DNA from: the human T2T-CHM13v2.0 reference genome, Homo sapiens
Length of the DNA: 64,000 bases
Direction: 5' to 3' (one strand)
Assembly: GCF_009914755.1 (NCBI RefSeq)
Contig: NC_060934.1
Shown here: positions 15,949-30,144 of the stretch, in pieces
Layout: every line of letters starts with the position of its first letter
Numbering within the stretch: the first letter of the stretch is position 1
Position numbers and translations under genes: made by a program
The notes under the pieces: model-generated
The model's database searches: none
What the model saw: only the letters and a program-made list of their open reading frames with translations
What the model was told of the DNA's origin: nothing

Positions 15949-16222
15949 TTCCTTCCTTCCTTCCTTCCTTTTCTTTCTTTCTTTCCTCCTTCCTTTCTTC
16001 CTTTCTTTCTTTCTTTCTTCCTTCCTTCCTTCCTTCCTTTTCTTTCTTTCTTTCTTTCTTCCTTCCTTCCTTCCTTCCTTCCTTCCTTTTCTTTCTTTCT
16101 TTCTTTCTTTCTTTCTTTCCTTTCTCTTTCTTTTTCTTTCTTTCTTTTTTCTTTATTTCTTTCTCTCTCTCTCTCTCTTTCTTCCTTTCTGTCTCTCTCT
16201 CTCTCTGTCTCTCTCTTTCTTT
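15881..16222. repeat. (CTTT)n/(CCTT)n/(CT)n polypyrimidine tract, ~340 bp
   Basis: Directly visible; abuts the tail end of a minus-strand AluJ. Confidence 0.97.
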
Positions 16223-16235
16223 CTATTATATTTTA

Positions 16236-16530
16236 AGAGATGGAGTCTCACTCCATCACCCCAGCTGGAGTACAGTAGTGCAATCATAGTTCATTGCATC
16301 CTTGAACTCCTGGGCTCAAGTGATCCTCCTACCTCAGCCTCCTGAGTAGCTAGGACTGCAGGCATGCACCTTCATACCCAGCTAAATTTTGAATTTTTTG
16401 TTTTTTTTTTAGTAGAAGTGAGGTCTCACTATGCTGCCCAGGCTGGTCTCGAACCCCTGGGCTCAAGCAATCTATCTGTCTCAGCCCCCTAAAGTATTGG
16501 GATTACAGGCATGAGCCACTGTGCCCAGCC
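16236..16530 (-). mobile_element. AluJ-type SINE
   Basis: Reverse Alu with ctcctgggctcaag motifs. Confidence 0.9.
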
Positions 16531-16562
16531 ATCAAATTCATAATGTTTTAAACCAACAAGAA

Positions 16563-16816
16563 TCCTCCCCTCCCCGCCCCTCCCCTTCCTCCCTCCCTCC
16601 CTCCTTTCCTTCTTTCTTTCTTTCCTTTTCTTTTTTCCTTTCCTTTCCTTCCTTCTTCCCTTCCACTTCCACTTCCCTTCCCTTTCCTTCTTTCTTTTCT
16701 TTTCTTTCTCTCTTTCTTTATCTTTCTCTTTCTTTCTTTCTATTTTTCTTTCTCTCTTTCTCTCCTTCTTTCCCTCTCTCTGCATCTTTCTCTCTTTCTT
16801 TCTTTCTTTCTTTTTT
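16563..16816. repeat. Second polypyrimidine tract (CCCT/CCTT/CTTT), ~250 bp
   Basis: Directly visible. Confidence 0.95.
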
Positions 16817-17112
<296 letters not shown>

Positions 17113-17287
17113 TGAGATTAGGGTAGTCGTTTCCATCATTAACCTTTATCATCCACTTACCTTCTGTTTCTTTCTTTAATGAAGTGTTAAATTGTACCCC
17201 ACCACTGCATTGAGAGAATACTTTTGAGTGAAACTTTATTAGCCTTTGTAATATCAGAAAAGATCTGTGTGACATATGCAGCTTTAA

Positions 17288-17661
<374 letters not shown>

Positions 17662-17690
17662 CCACAAAATTATTAAAAGGTAATTTGATA

Positions 17691-18018
<328 letters not shown>

Positions 18019-18502
18019 TTAAAGAATCCCTCAGATAGCTTTGCTCTGAGAGTTCTGTCAAATGTTTATTTTTTATACATGAAGTAGTTTTACAGACTAA
18101 GATGCTTTCAAATTTGCTTTTCACATTTAATTAAACTGTCATCTGTCATTAAGATAACTATTAATTAGATGTTCTTGATATCTTTTTAATTCTCTAAAAA
18201 AGTGACTATTTCTGAAAAGGAAAACATCTTTAAATAAATTCCTTCATTATAAACTTAGATCAGATGACTTAGTCTTTCACTATTTTTCTTTTGGTATAAA
18301 ATACACGGTTTCTTCTACCATTGTATTCCTTAAGCATGTGTAATAGCGATACATTTCAACAACAGAATGAAGCTGCTAAACATTAGGCCAAAAAAATCTC
18401 CTTTGCTATATCGTGCGCTGCTTATCATTTGAATTGTTAAAAATGTCTTCTCTTCAAAATAATTTTAGTTTGAAGAAAGGACACAAAACTGGTAAACCTA
18501 GA

Positions 18503-18872
18503 TGCTGTGGACTGAATGTTTGTGTCCCTCTCAAATTCATGTTGAAACCCTAATCCCTAATGTGATGGTATTTGGAGATGGGGCCTTTGAGAGGTAATTA
18601 GGTCATAAAGGTGGAGCCCTCATAATGGGATTAGTGCCCTTATAAGGAGAGACATTAGATAACTTGCTTCCTTTATCTTTCGGCTCTCCATCATGTAGAG
18701 ACAGCAAGAAGGCAGCTGTTTGCAGGCCAGAAAGAGGGCCCTCACCAGATGCTGATGATGCTGGCACCCTGATTTGGGACTTTCAGCCTCCAGAGACTGT
18801 GAAAAATAAATCTCTATTGCTTAATCCACTACTCCATTTAATTTGTTATAGCAGCCCAAACTGACCAAGACA
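18503..18872 (+). mobile_element. MLT1A/MLT1A0 solo LTR
   Basis: tgctgtggactgaatgtttgtgtccc...ttatagcagcccaaactgaccaagaca; 5-bp TSD-like ctaga/ccaga. Confidence 0.85.
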
Positions 18873-19079
18873 CCAGATTACAATAAAAAAAATTAAAAAC
18901 ATATTAGGGGAAGTGAAAACAGCCCTGGATATAAAATTTTGTCAGAACAAAATACAAATCTCAGTATTGGTTGTTTTCTGTGACTTATGTTTTATATATT
19001 GCACATTAACATATTTCCACTTCATTCAGAAGGTAAATCACATGAAATCTAACCAAGTATTGCTTTACTATATTCCAAT

Positions 19080-19330
19080 CCAATAATAACAACAATAATG
19101 TTAATAACTTGCTATTTATAGAACTAAGACTATGCAGCAGGCATTTCAAGAGATCTATATATGCTATTTAATGGAAATTATCACAAAACCTCTAAGAGAT
19201 AAGTTTTATTGCCCTTGTTTTACAGATGACAGAACTAAGGCTTAGACTGGTTAAGTAATTTGCCTAAGATCACTTATTGTTGGTAAGTATTAGAGCTAAA
19301 ATTATAATACAGCTTTTGGTTTTAATATCT
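19080..19330 (-). mobile_element. MIR SINE
   Basis: ttttacagatgacagaactaaggcttagactggttaagtaatttgcctaagatcac. Confidence 0.7.
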
Positions 19331-19522
19331 ACAAATATTATTTGCCTACTAAACCACAATAAACTAAATTGCTTAGTCTTTATGTACTTCTCTTTCTTTT
19401 GACAAACCTGACAAATTGTTCTTGTTATATATATATAATATATATATATAGCAAATAATTAATTTCAACCATTAGAACAATAGCAAAAACAACAATAAAA
19501 TCATTTAAAATATGGACAAAAT

Positions 19523-19640
19523 GTCCAGGTGCACTGACTCATGACTGAAATCCCAGAACTTTGGGAGGCTGAGGTGGGAGGATCACTTGAGCCCAGGAGT
19601 TTGAGACCAACTTCGGCAACACAGTGAGATCCCATCTCAA
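19523..19640 (+). mobile_element. Alu monomer (FLAM-like)
   Basis: Single left-arm Alu monomer. Confidence 0.8.
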
Positions 19641-19753
19641 TTTTTTAAAAAATTATTGAATAAAAAAATTACATCGACAAAACATCTAGTTCTCCAGGAG
19701 TAAAAATGTATAAGATTGGCAGAAAACTTCTTAAGAAATTAAAAACAACACTT

Positions 19754-19817
19754 TTTTATATTTTGGACATTTTTTCTTTGGTTATTTTATATTTTGGCCA
19801 TTTTTTCTTTGGTTATT
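19754..19817. repeat. Tandem duplication, ~31 bp x2
   Basis: ttttatattttgg[a/c]cattttttctttggtta occurs twice. Confidence 0.85.
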
Positions 19818-20386
19818 AAAAAGATGTAGAATTTTGACAATTTGAAAACAGCTAAATAGCAAATAAATTAATGCATTGTAGACAAATGAGTCTTAAATTT
19901 ATTTCTTAAACGTTTAAGTAAAATAATGTACAGAGGAACATTGAAGATCTCCTAGTTAACCCTCTTCTAGCACTTACAGATATGGGGCCCATAGAGTTTA
20001 ACGGATTTTCACAATTATATCACAGTAAATCTAAATCTAGAATTTTGGTTTTCCATATTTCCTCTGTAATGATTTCTCCACATGACCATGGCACATAAAA
20101 TGATACTTATGGCAATGGTTACAGTCCTCTATGTATGTCTCTAAAATGATAAAACCATGTTGCATGAATTAGCAACGGAGAGGATTTCCTCTTCCACAGT
20201 ATTCCGTACTATCAATAATCAACTCTATTAAGGATCCCTGGTAAGATGTGCATTGTATTATTCATCCATTTAATATATACATTTACTGTATGTCAGGTCC
20301 TTTGCTAATGTTTCCAGTATTAAATGTCAGGCGAGAAAACAGGGAGGGGTATAAGATATATGTGCACTAAAAATGTGTAGTCTCTC

Positions 20387-20806
20387 GGAACCAACCCAAA
20401 TGTCCATCAATGATAGATTGGATTAAGAAAATGTGGCACATATACACCATGGAATACTATGCAGCCATAAAAAAGGATGAGTTCATGTCCTTTGCAGAGA
20501 CATGGATGAAGCTGGAAACCATCATTCTCAGCAAACTATCATAAGATGAGAAAACCAAACACTGCATGTTCTCACTCATAAGTGGGAGTTGAACAATGAG
20601 AACACATGGACACAGGGAGGGGAACATCACACACCAGGACCTCTCAGGGGCTGGGGGGACTAGGGGAGGGATAACATTGGTAGAAATACCTAATGTAAGT
20701 GTTGGGTTGATGAGTGCAGCAAACCACCAGGGCACGCGTATACCTATGTAACAAAACTGCAAGTTCTGCACATGTAACCCAGAACTTAAAGTATAATAAA
20801 TAAAAA
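20387..20806 (+). mobile_element. 5'-truncated L1PA (L1PA7/8-like) 3' end
   Basis: L1 ORF2 end, 3'UTR and A-rich tail; TSD aaaaatgt[g/a]tagtct. Confidence 0.92.
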
Positions 20807-20872
20807 ATGTATAGTCTATTTGGTGACATGGGACCATATGAAGCATATCCAGAGTATAAGCCATTTAGAAGT

Positions 20873-21370
20873 TGTAGTAGGCAGCCTGTAACATTGTCCA
20901 GTGATATCTGCCTCCTGGTATTCATGCCCTATTCGCTTCTAACAAACTGAATACAGCAAAAGCGATGGTATGCCACTTTAGAAGTTATGTTATACAAAGA
21001 TGCTGGCTTGCATCTTAGGCTCTCTCTCTCTCTCTCTCTCTCTCATCTGGATCATTCACACTGAGGTGCCATGATGTGAAAAAATATAGGCAGCATGGAG
21101 AGGTGCCCATTTAGTGAGGAACTGAAGCCTCCTGCCAACAAAAACATATGAATAAGCTTGGAAGCAGATTCTTTAGCCTCAGTTGAGACTTAGATGACTG
21201 CAGCTCTGGCCAACAGTGTGAATACAACCTCACAGGAGACCCTGACCAACACCACCTAGCTTAGCTGCTCCCAGGTTCATGACCGTCAGACATTATGAGA
21301 CAGTAAATGTTTGTTGTCTTAATTTGCTAAATTTTAGGGAGATTTGCTATGCAGCATAAATAACTAATAT
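20873..21370 (+). mobile_element. MLT1F-like MaLR LTR containing a (CT)n tract
   Basis: cctcctggtattcatgccct, gaggaactgaagcctcctgccaaca and aatgtttgttgtcttaa motifs. Confidence 0.78.
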
Positions 21371-21650
21371 GGAGAGGATAATGTCTGTTGCAGTTCTCAG
21401 TTTTTAAGGAGGCAGAGTAAGGAAGCTGTAATTTGGTGGGCAGCTCACACTGTTGCAGGAAAGGCCATAAAAGGCTGAGTCAGTACTCATGAGAAACGTT
21501 TGCCCATTAACTAATGAGATATAATATGCATGTCAGTTAGGTGTAATGTGTAAGTTAAACGAAATAAATCTTTAGTCACTAAGGTTTTTGAGCTTGGAAA
21601 GTTCTCTGAGAAAAAACCATGATTCAGCAATTCTGACTGCACAAATTCTA

Positions 21651-21994
21651 TGCTATTGTCTACATATGTGTTCCCCCAAAATTCATATGTTAAAACCTAT
21701 TCGCCAATGCAATAGTAGTAAGTGGTAGGACCTTTAAAAGATGAAGGTCATGATGGTTCTGCCTTCATGAACAGTTATTAGTGCCTTTTTAAAAGAGGCT
21801 TGAGGAAGCTTGTTTGTCCTTTCCACCACTTAGAACACATCATCTATGAGGGATGCATCCTCCCCAGACATTGAATCTGCTGGTGCCTTGATCTTGAATT
21901 TCTCCAGCTCCAGAACTGTGAGCAATAAATTTCTGTTGTTTATAACTTGCCCAGACTAAGATATTTTGTTATAGCAGCCTGGATGAACTGAGAT
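21651..21994 (+). mobile_element. MLT1A-like solo LTR
   Basis: cccccaaaattcatatgttaaaacc...gaatctgctggtgccttgatcttg...ttatagcagcc. Confidence 0.8.
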
Positions 21995-23114
21995 GGTCTA
22001 ATTATAAAAGCTTACTGAGCACCTTTTAAAAAGTAAATAAAAACAGAGCAGTTAGCAACAAAACCTAATGCAACCACTTGCTTAACTCTGTATGATTAAG
22101 GTAGATGTGTATGTGTGTGTCTTTGTGTGTGTGTGTTCTAGTATCTTCAGTGGGTTTTTAAAATAAAATAAATGAGTTATAACTACAACAGTTACAGATG
22201 GTGTTGGATAATTGAAAGGGTTTGCAAAATTCTATGGAAACTACTCAAGGAAGACCTATTCAATGTAAGAAATGCAACATAGCAGAAGAAAGAATGTGCA
22301 GCCCACACACCCGGGCCTGGGAGACTTGCACACCTACCTAGAGTCCCTTCTCAGTCACACAGGATGTGCTTCATCTCTGAATTATGAATCTTCAGGATAT
22401 ACGTCCCACTGATCACATAGCCAAGCCATGCTATGTAACTGGTTAGCCCATGCGTAAGCCATCAATCTACACACCCCTAAACATTGTAAACAAGCTGACT
22501 CTTGGTACCAACAAGGTGATTTCAAACTTAAACAATGTATTATAAATATAAACTAGTTCAAGCCTTCTTATTGTGGCCAAAAGTCAGTGTCAGACCTCCA
22601 GGTAATCATGGAGAGTTCCAGCCCAGCTGTAAGATAACTCTTTTCCAAATGATCATTTAAAACAAAAGAAATCAATCATTGACATGTTATATATATAATA
22701 CATACTATACATATATAGTTGCAACATTACATATAATACATATATTTATATATAATATTGTAAATATATAGAAACATATGCACATATGTACATATCTTTA
22801 ATATATGTAATAGATATTCAAAACCAGCATAACAGATGTTTGCCATGTGACACTAAAATCTGGTTTCTTAACAATGACAAAAGAAATGACAAATATAGGA
22901 AATGAACAAATACAAAAAGTTAAGCATAAGCTGATAGCAGTGGAAGCCGAATTTTAAAATTTTGGGGTCATATAGTTAGATTCATGATATTCTAAGCCTC
23001 CTGGGTGGGGACTGGTAGAGTAATGCATTTTACAGAGGATAGCGAATTGCTTTCTTTATCATGTGACTAATTTAGTTATTCTGGTTTTCTGCATCTTTTT
23101 AAGGCTTCTTTTAT

Positions 23115-23154
23115 AATAATAATAATAATAATAATTATTATTATTATTATTATT
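23115..23154. repeat. Perfect 40-bp (AAT)n(TTA)n palindrome
   Basis: Self-complementary about the 23134/23135 axis. Confidence 0.92.
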
Positions 23155-24729
23155 TTCTGGGAGCCCGCTGACTTTGTATTCTAATGTGGATCCATTGCTT
23201 TCTGGATCTGCTGGGCATCTGCCAACTTGCCATTTTATTCATTACATCTCTGGGTTAGAATCACTATTTCAGCATTCCATGTCGTCCTATTTCTGTTTTT
23301 CCCATCTCTTGTTTAGTTTGGGCACACTTTCAAGTCATTTCTCAAGAAGATCTACACAAGTTACATTTCTGAGTTCTTATGCACACAAAAAGGTTTTTAT
23401 TTGACCACATAATTTGGATGAATATAGTATTCTAAGATCATGTTAATTTTCTCATGAACATGAAGCCATTGCTTCATTGCCTTGCAGAACTCAGTGTTGT
23501 GATAAGAAGTCTAACAACAGTCAAGCAGAAACTCACAGCTCCTCAGCAGAGCCCTCCTGTGCACAGTTTAGATAGAGGCTTTTGCTGCTCTCTTTCATCT
23601 ATCTCCATGTTTCCAGCTGCTTTCTATCTTCTGGATCTTTTTTTTTTCCCTGTGATAATCCTACACCCATGCATTTGCCATTAAGAGTTTATTCCCTTTT
23701 GTGTTCCTTTACTGTTATTTTAACGGGATGTTAGACTGGGACTGCGTAGTTATATCTTTTCAGTTTACTCTTGTGTTAGCTTTCTAAATAGATGGAAAAG
23801 ACAAAACAAAACATTGTTAGTACCTTGACTCAAAGTTATTTGATTGTAATTGTGGAGATATGGCAAATACATTAATAAATGCAAATAATGGAAAAACACT
23901 AATACCGATTTACCAACAGAAGTAGCTATTAAAGGATATATAAATAAATAACATAGGGGAGATGGCAAGAGAAGTACAATATTTTAACTTACTTCTTCTT
24001 CCCTCAAAAATAATTTCATTTTTTATCAACATCCATACTTTAATTCCTCTTTTTACATAAGCATTTTGAGGCATGTGGTAAGGGAATTTGTATAACCTTT
24101 CTTAAATCACTATAACCTACAATCAACACTAGACTTTAGAATATCTGGAATCTTAAAGAAATACTGCCAGCAGTGTTTATAATAAATGATACTTTTAAAA
24201 ATCCCTATATCAGCAGAGGAATTTTATAATATAAATTGTTCATTTAACTTTAACTGCTACAGATTTTGGCAGACAGTAAAATTAAATGGTGGATGATCAC
24301 CAGAATATATTACATTTTGCAAGATAGCACTGGGTTACTAATACATTTCAGGAGAAGAAATCTCTTCCCAGGTCCTTAGGCTGCTGTGTAGTATTATTAA
24401 GCAGTAATACTTTCTTTTGTAATTGATGAAAGAGGAAGCTGTAAATTACCATGAGCTAGAAATTTTGATTTGTGAAGTGAAAATATATTTCAGTAGAAAT
24501 CATGGCTTGGCACACAGTGGAAACCGCTTTCCAGCTGTCTAAAGTCTCCTTGGCTTTATTCGAACTACTTCTATCCTCCCTGAGCTGGTTAACTGGACAC
24601 CTGATCGATGTCCACTTGTTCTGCTCTCAGAATTGTTCTTCCAATTGTGGCTATCTTTAGAATATCCTTTCCACCTTTAGTCAAGCAATCTTTCTTCATT
24701 GATGATCTTATGATATCTAGTGTTTACAG

Positions 24730-24798
24730 TTTTTTTGTTTTTCTATTATACTTTAAGTTTTAGGGTACATGTGCACAACGTGCAGGTTAGTTACACAT
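24730..24798 (-). mobile_element. Very short young L1PA 3' terminus (~70 bp)
   Basis: attatactttaagttttagggtacatgtgcacaacgtgcaggttagttaca, preceded by a T-rich tail. Confidence 0.85.
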
Positions 24799-25936
24799 AA
24801 TTTTTTCCCAAGTGAAAGAGAGCTAAATAGAATTTACCCATGCATGATAAACAATTAATTGATTTCATTGAATAAAATATTCACATCTATTAATAAAGCT
24901 TGTAGATAACATTGTCATTTGCAAATGTTGGCCGGCTAATTTGTTTTTTTCTTAGCAACAATATGCCCTTTCAGCATTTGCTTTTACGTCCATGAAGTCT
25001 GATAGCATAAATGCAATATACCTTATTTCGGCAACAGCTATAGGTACTGCTCACCTAAGAAATGCTTAATTCTTCATTTACTAAACTTGCTCGTCTTGAA
25101 AACGTGGCAATATAATTATATCAATTGTAACCACCCCCACCCAACCAGGACTACATCTGAGGAATCACATAAAAATTGGCATGAAAGACATAGTTGGGAA
25201 GAGGGTGGGGATGAAATGGCTAAAGCTATTGTCAATTAAGTTCTGCTGCCCGCACCAATTACTTACCACCAGGGGAAATGCAATCTGATTTACACACTCG
25301 AATTCACATGGTTTATGTTCTCTCCCAAACTAGAGGAAAGAAAATCTAAGGGACATAATATCTTGGTTTATTCTCCAGCCTCAGTGACCTTGAACCTCGA
25401 ATTAAGTTTTACAGATGAGTATATAAAAGTTTTATCAGCTCACATCAATAAATATATAACCAGACTTTTCTGGCTATATATAAAGACCCCTAAAAAAGTA
25501 AAATTAGCTGTCTTTGCAGCTACAGGCTATTCATACATGAAATAGATACTTGCAACAACTGAAGGGAATTGTTTCATTAGTTTCATAAATCTGATTTTTG
25601 AGATGAAATGGAAGAGAGAAGCCTTCTGCCAGTTTGTCTACATTTTTAAAAACATACACTATGTTATGGTTTATAAAACATTTTACAGTAATTATCTTTC
25701 AAAGATACTTAACTATTGGATTACTCAGTAGACAGCTATCTAGAACAGAGCTCCTAACAGCTCTGGTGAGGCATATTGGTGTGTGTTAGTGAGAGGAGCT
25801 TTCAGATCTTGAGCTCCTTAGCTCTCAAGGTAGCTGGGAAGGAGCTAAAACTGCTTGATAACTGCAGAGCCTCTGATCCCCTCGGGCCTTGAGCAGCCAC
25901 TTCTTTTCTCCCAGTGGCTGTGCAAACATTATGATT

Positions 25937-26246
25937 TTATTTTATTTTTTTGAGAGACAGGGTCTCACTCTGTTCCCCAGGATAGAGTGCAGTGGCACAT
26001 TCACAGCTCACTGAAGCCTCAAACTCCTGGGCTCAAGTGATCCTCACACCTCAACCTCCCAAGTATTTGGGACTACAGGTGTGTACCACCATGCCTGGCT
26101 AACATTTTTTAATTACTATTTTCTTCTTTTGTAGAGCTGGGTCTCACTATGTTGCCTAGGCTGATCTCGAACACTTGGGTTCAAGCAGTCCTCTCACCTC
26201 AGCCTTCCAAAGTGCTGGGATTACAGGTATGAACCACTGCCCAGCC
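25937..26246 (-). mobile_element. AluJ-type SINE
   Basis: Reverse Alu; TSD caaaca[t/g]tatgat. Confidence 0.92.
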
Positions 26247-27809
26247 TCAAACAGTATGATCTTAGAAAACACTAGTCTATGCTGTTACAAAGAATGTCTC
26301 ATACTTAGTAATCTTAAAAATTAGTGAAGTCAAAGTACCCATTCCGTTGGATTTAAAACAAAATATAAAGTTCAATTCAGTATCACTCTACATTTGAACA
26401 ATACCAGGATACAGATGTGTTAAATTTTGTCATTGTAGTTAAAGAAAGAAGAAACCTCAGTATATCACTGAAGGGTAAACGTTCCCCCTTTTTGAAAACC
26501 TGCATAGACTCCTTTATACTTTTACATATACAGCAAAACAAACATTATTTTATGAAGCTAGTGTCTTGGCCATAGAATCATATTCACATCATATATTCTG
26601 CTATGGCATGTCTTCCCTGGAATGTACCTCAATTTGGAGTGGTATCATAATAACTTGTTTAATAAATCTACCAGAAATAAAGCAGGCTTTTATGCTTGTT
26701 TTAAAGGTTTCATAAACCATCTAAAAGAATTGGCTTTGCAACAAGCTGCTGAAGGGCAATGTTCTTGGTTGCATAATATGGATGCAAGTAGTTCCATTGT
26801 CCCAGTGATGTCCAATTAAGTTGGCAGCATCAATCCTCAATTTCCTTTCTCTGGGTCCTTTTGCTTCCTCGTTGATAATCATCCTCTCCTGCTTCTCATC
26901 ATCCCCAACTTCCCCCTTTGCTAACAGACTTCAAAGCCCTTTATTATGCAGGGAATATGCCAGTGTAAGAGTCTTAGTGTGAGGCAGAGCACTGTCTGCA
27001 AAGAAGCTCGAAGGCCAGGTACTCACCCCTATGCATGCTGACAGCCAAGGTGTGGGCACATGATTTAAACTCTACTAAGATAATGCTTCTGGCACTGGAA
27101 GTTGAGTTTAAAGCAAGTGAGGCAAAAGCAGGGATATTTTATGATTTATTCCAGTGGTAGAACCATCTGAAATGTGGTAGCGAATAAATGTACCAGCTGT
27201 GTGGTCCAGTGTCATAATGTTATGATACTGTTAGTGGCATTAAGTGTTCAGAGGGGGCTGGAATGGTACTTTGAAAAGCTATTCTTTGGGATGACTTTAA
27301 CTGTGTTCCTATATGAAGTGTCCCTTGCAGTCTGCCAGTTTTTTCTTCTTGTTCTCCAGTCTTCCTGTGTTTTTCTGCCTAATTTAGCCATTCTTAATTT
27401 CAGTTCTTTGCAACCCAGAACCAAAACTAATACTTAATACTTCATGTCTAATCTTTTTAAACATAAATTATTTTTCTATTGCCTTCAGCACATAAAGATC
27501 CATAGAGTAAATCTGAATTAGTCATTTTACAGAAATACGGGAAAGTAGGATCAGAATGAAAGATGTGACCTCTTTCTCTTTCTAGATGATATCTTGTTTC
27601 CCAGGAGAAGATCCATATGAGGCTAGTCACAGGTGTTCTAGAGTTACAGAAGATACAAGACCTCTGGAACACCTTTGCACTGGTGAATAACCACACAGCA
27701 TGTTCCCATTCTCTGGTTCATCTTCCAATTCTCCCTTCTTTTCAGCCCATGCCAATTCATCTCCACTGTTGTTAACCCATCCTTCATTTAGCAAAAATCT
27801 CAAAGTTAC

Positions 27810-28180
27810 TGTATTAGTCTGTTCTCATACTGGTCTCACACTGATATGAAGAAATACCTGAGACTGGCTAATTTATAAAGAAAACAGGTTTAATTTATTC
27901 ATAGTTCCACATGGCTGGGCAGGCCTCAGGAAACTTACAATCATGGCAGAAGGCACCTCTTCACAGGGAGACAGGAGAGAGAATGAGTGCCCGAAAGGGA
28001 AATGCCAGATGCTTATAAAACCATCAGATTTTGTGAGAACTCACTGTCACAAGAACAGCATAGGGGAAACCACCCCCATGATTCAATTACCTCCCACTGG
28101 GTCCCTCCCTCAACAAATGAGGATTATGAGAATTACAGTTCAAAATGAGATTTGGGTGGGGACACAGCCAAACCACATCA
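27810..28180 (-). mobile_element. THE1 (THE1C-like) solo LTR
   Basis: TG...CA ends with perfect 5-bp TSD GTTAC (27805-27809, 28181-28185); THE1 internal motifs. Confidence 0.92.
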
Positions 28181-29359
28181 GTTACATATTTTACATTTTT
28201 CAGATATGGCAGTATCTCAACCCCTCTTTATGATTCTTTAATATCCACTCTTAAGCCCTTTATATTATTCCTCATTTAACAATAAAATTTCTATCACTGT
28301 GTCAGAATATATTATTTTTTAAAAAATAAGGCTATACCAACAGTGTCACTTTAGATTACTCCATGTACCATGTCAAAAAGGTGAGAAAAGATTTTGCATC
28401 ACACAATACATATTGAAGATTGCAGTTTTTATAGCATTTTCTTTTTTCTGACAAGTTTGTATGTTCATTTACTTAAAATGGCAAGATAAGAATCTTGCCA
28501 TTCTTATTTTAGTTCTTTAACTGGATCCTTAGTCTCTTAACTAGATCTGGGTCCTATATAAATCCAGTCTTCCTTGGACAGAAAATAGGTTTTTCCACTC
28601 AGAAGTTCTAACAGCTACTTTCTTCAACTCATAATGTTACCTAAGGTCCCACACTCCTATGGGAACAGAAGCACTTCCACGGTCATGAGATCTTACTCTT
28701 CTTTAGAGAGGCTGAGTTGTAATTTAATTTCCAACTTTAGAATTATCAACACGAAGACACACAGTTATCCAGGTTAGCCAAGTGATCTGCAGACAGAAAC
28801 CTCTTGTTAATGCTCTCTAATTGTGTTAAAAAAAAAAAAAGAGTTATATTAACGTCTAATCCAAAAGGCAGAAAGGATATAATTTGAAAGCCTGTTCAGA
28901 CTGCTTAAAGGGGAGGAAATTCGCCAACAATGGCTCCCAAATGTGAAAGCACAGTTACTACCCCTTACAGGGATTTGCTGGAAGCATTACCAAAATTAGG
29001 TTCAGTCGGATCTTTCAACAGACGTAGTTCAATGATGGTTCTTGTAAGTAATTGAATACACAATATTCATGATCAATTGTTCAAAAGCTTGCTAAAGAAC
29101 CTTTTAAAAATCTGACCCCAAGTTTTCTGGAAGTGGCTAAGATCTAACTCTGGACAGTAATGAATCACTTTCTTAATCTTTTCTCTGCCCCATCCTTTGA
29201 CACAGCCCACTGTTTCCAGGGGTTGTTTTCCTCCTGAATTGGGATGACAACCTATTCTCCTGCTTAACTAGACTGTATCACAGTGTAATCTTGCAGTACA
29301 TTTTAAATTTAAATTTTGGAGAAGGACTTGGTGATCATTGATCATTGGGCCCCTCTGCT

Positions 29360-29670
29360 ATGTGTAGATGCTACTGGGGAAAATAAAAATAAAGAAAGTG
29401 TGGTGTCTGTCTTTAAGGACATTACAATCTAGTGGGAGAAACTTGTATGTAAATGGCTGATTATGATCAAAGGCAAAGTGAAATAAACATTAACTAGAGG
29501 ACAAGCTCATAGTAATACAGATAATGGAGCAATTAATTCTAACTGAAAGGGAATCAAAAGCTCCTTTGCAAAGGTGGTGGCATTTGAGAAAGTGTTTAGA
29601 ATGATTATATTTTAAGAGGGCAGTAGAGAAGAAAAGGCAATCATTCCAACTGCAGGGATAGAATTAGCAA
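29360..29670 (-). mobile_element. L2 fragment
   Basis: gtctgtctttaaggacattacaatctagtgggaga ... ggtggcatttgag. Confidence 0.55.
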
Positions 29671-29678
29671 AGCCTTAG

Positions 29679-30144
<466 letters not shown>

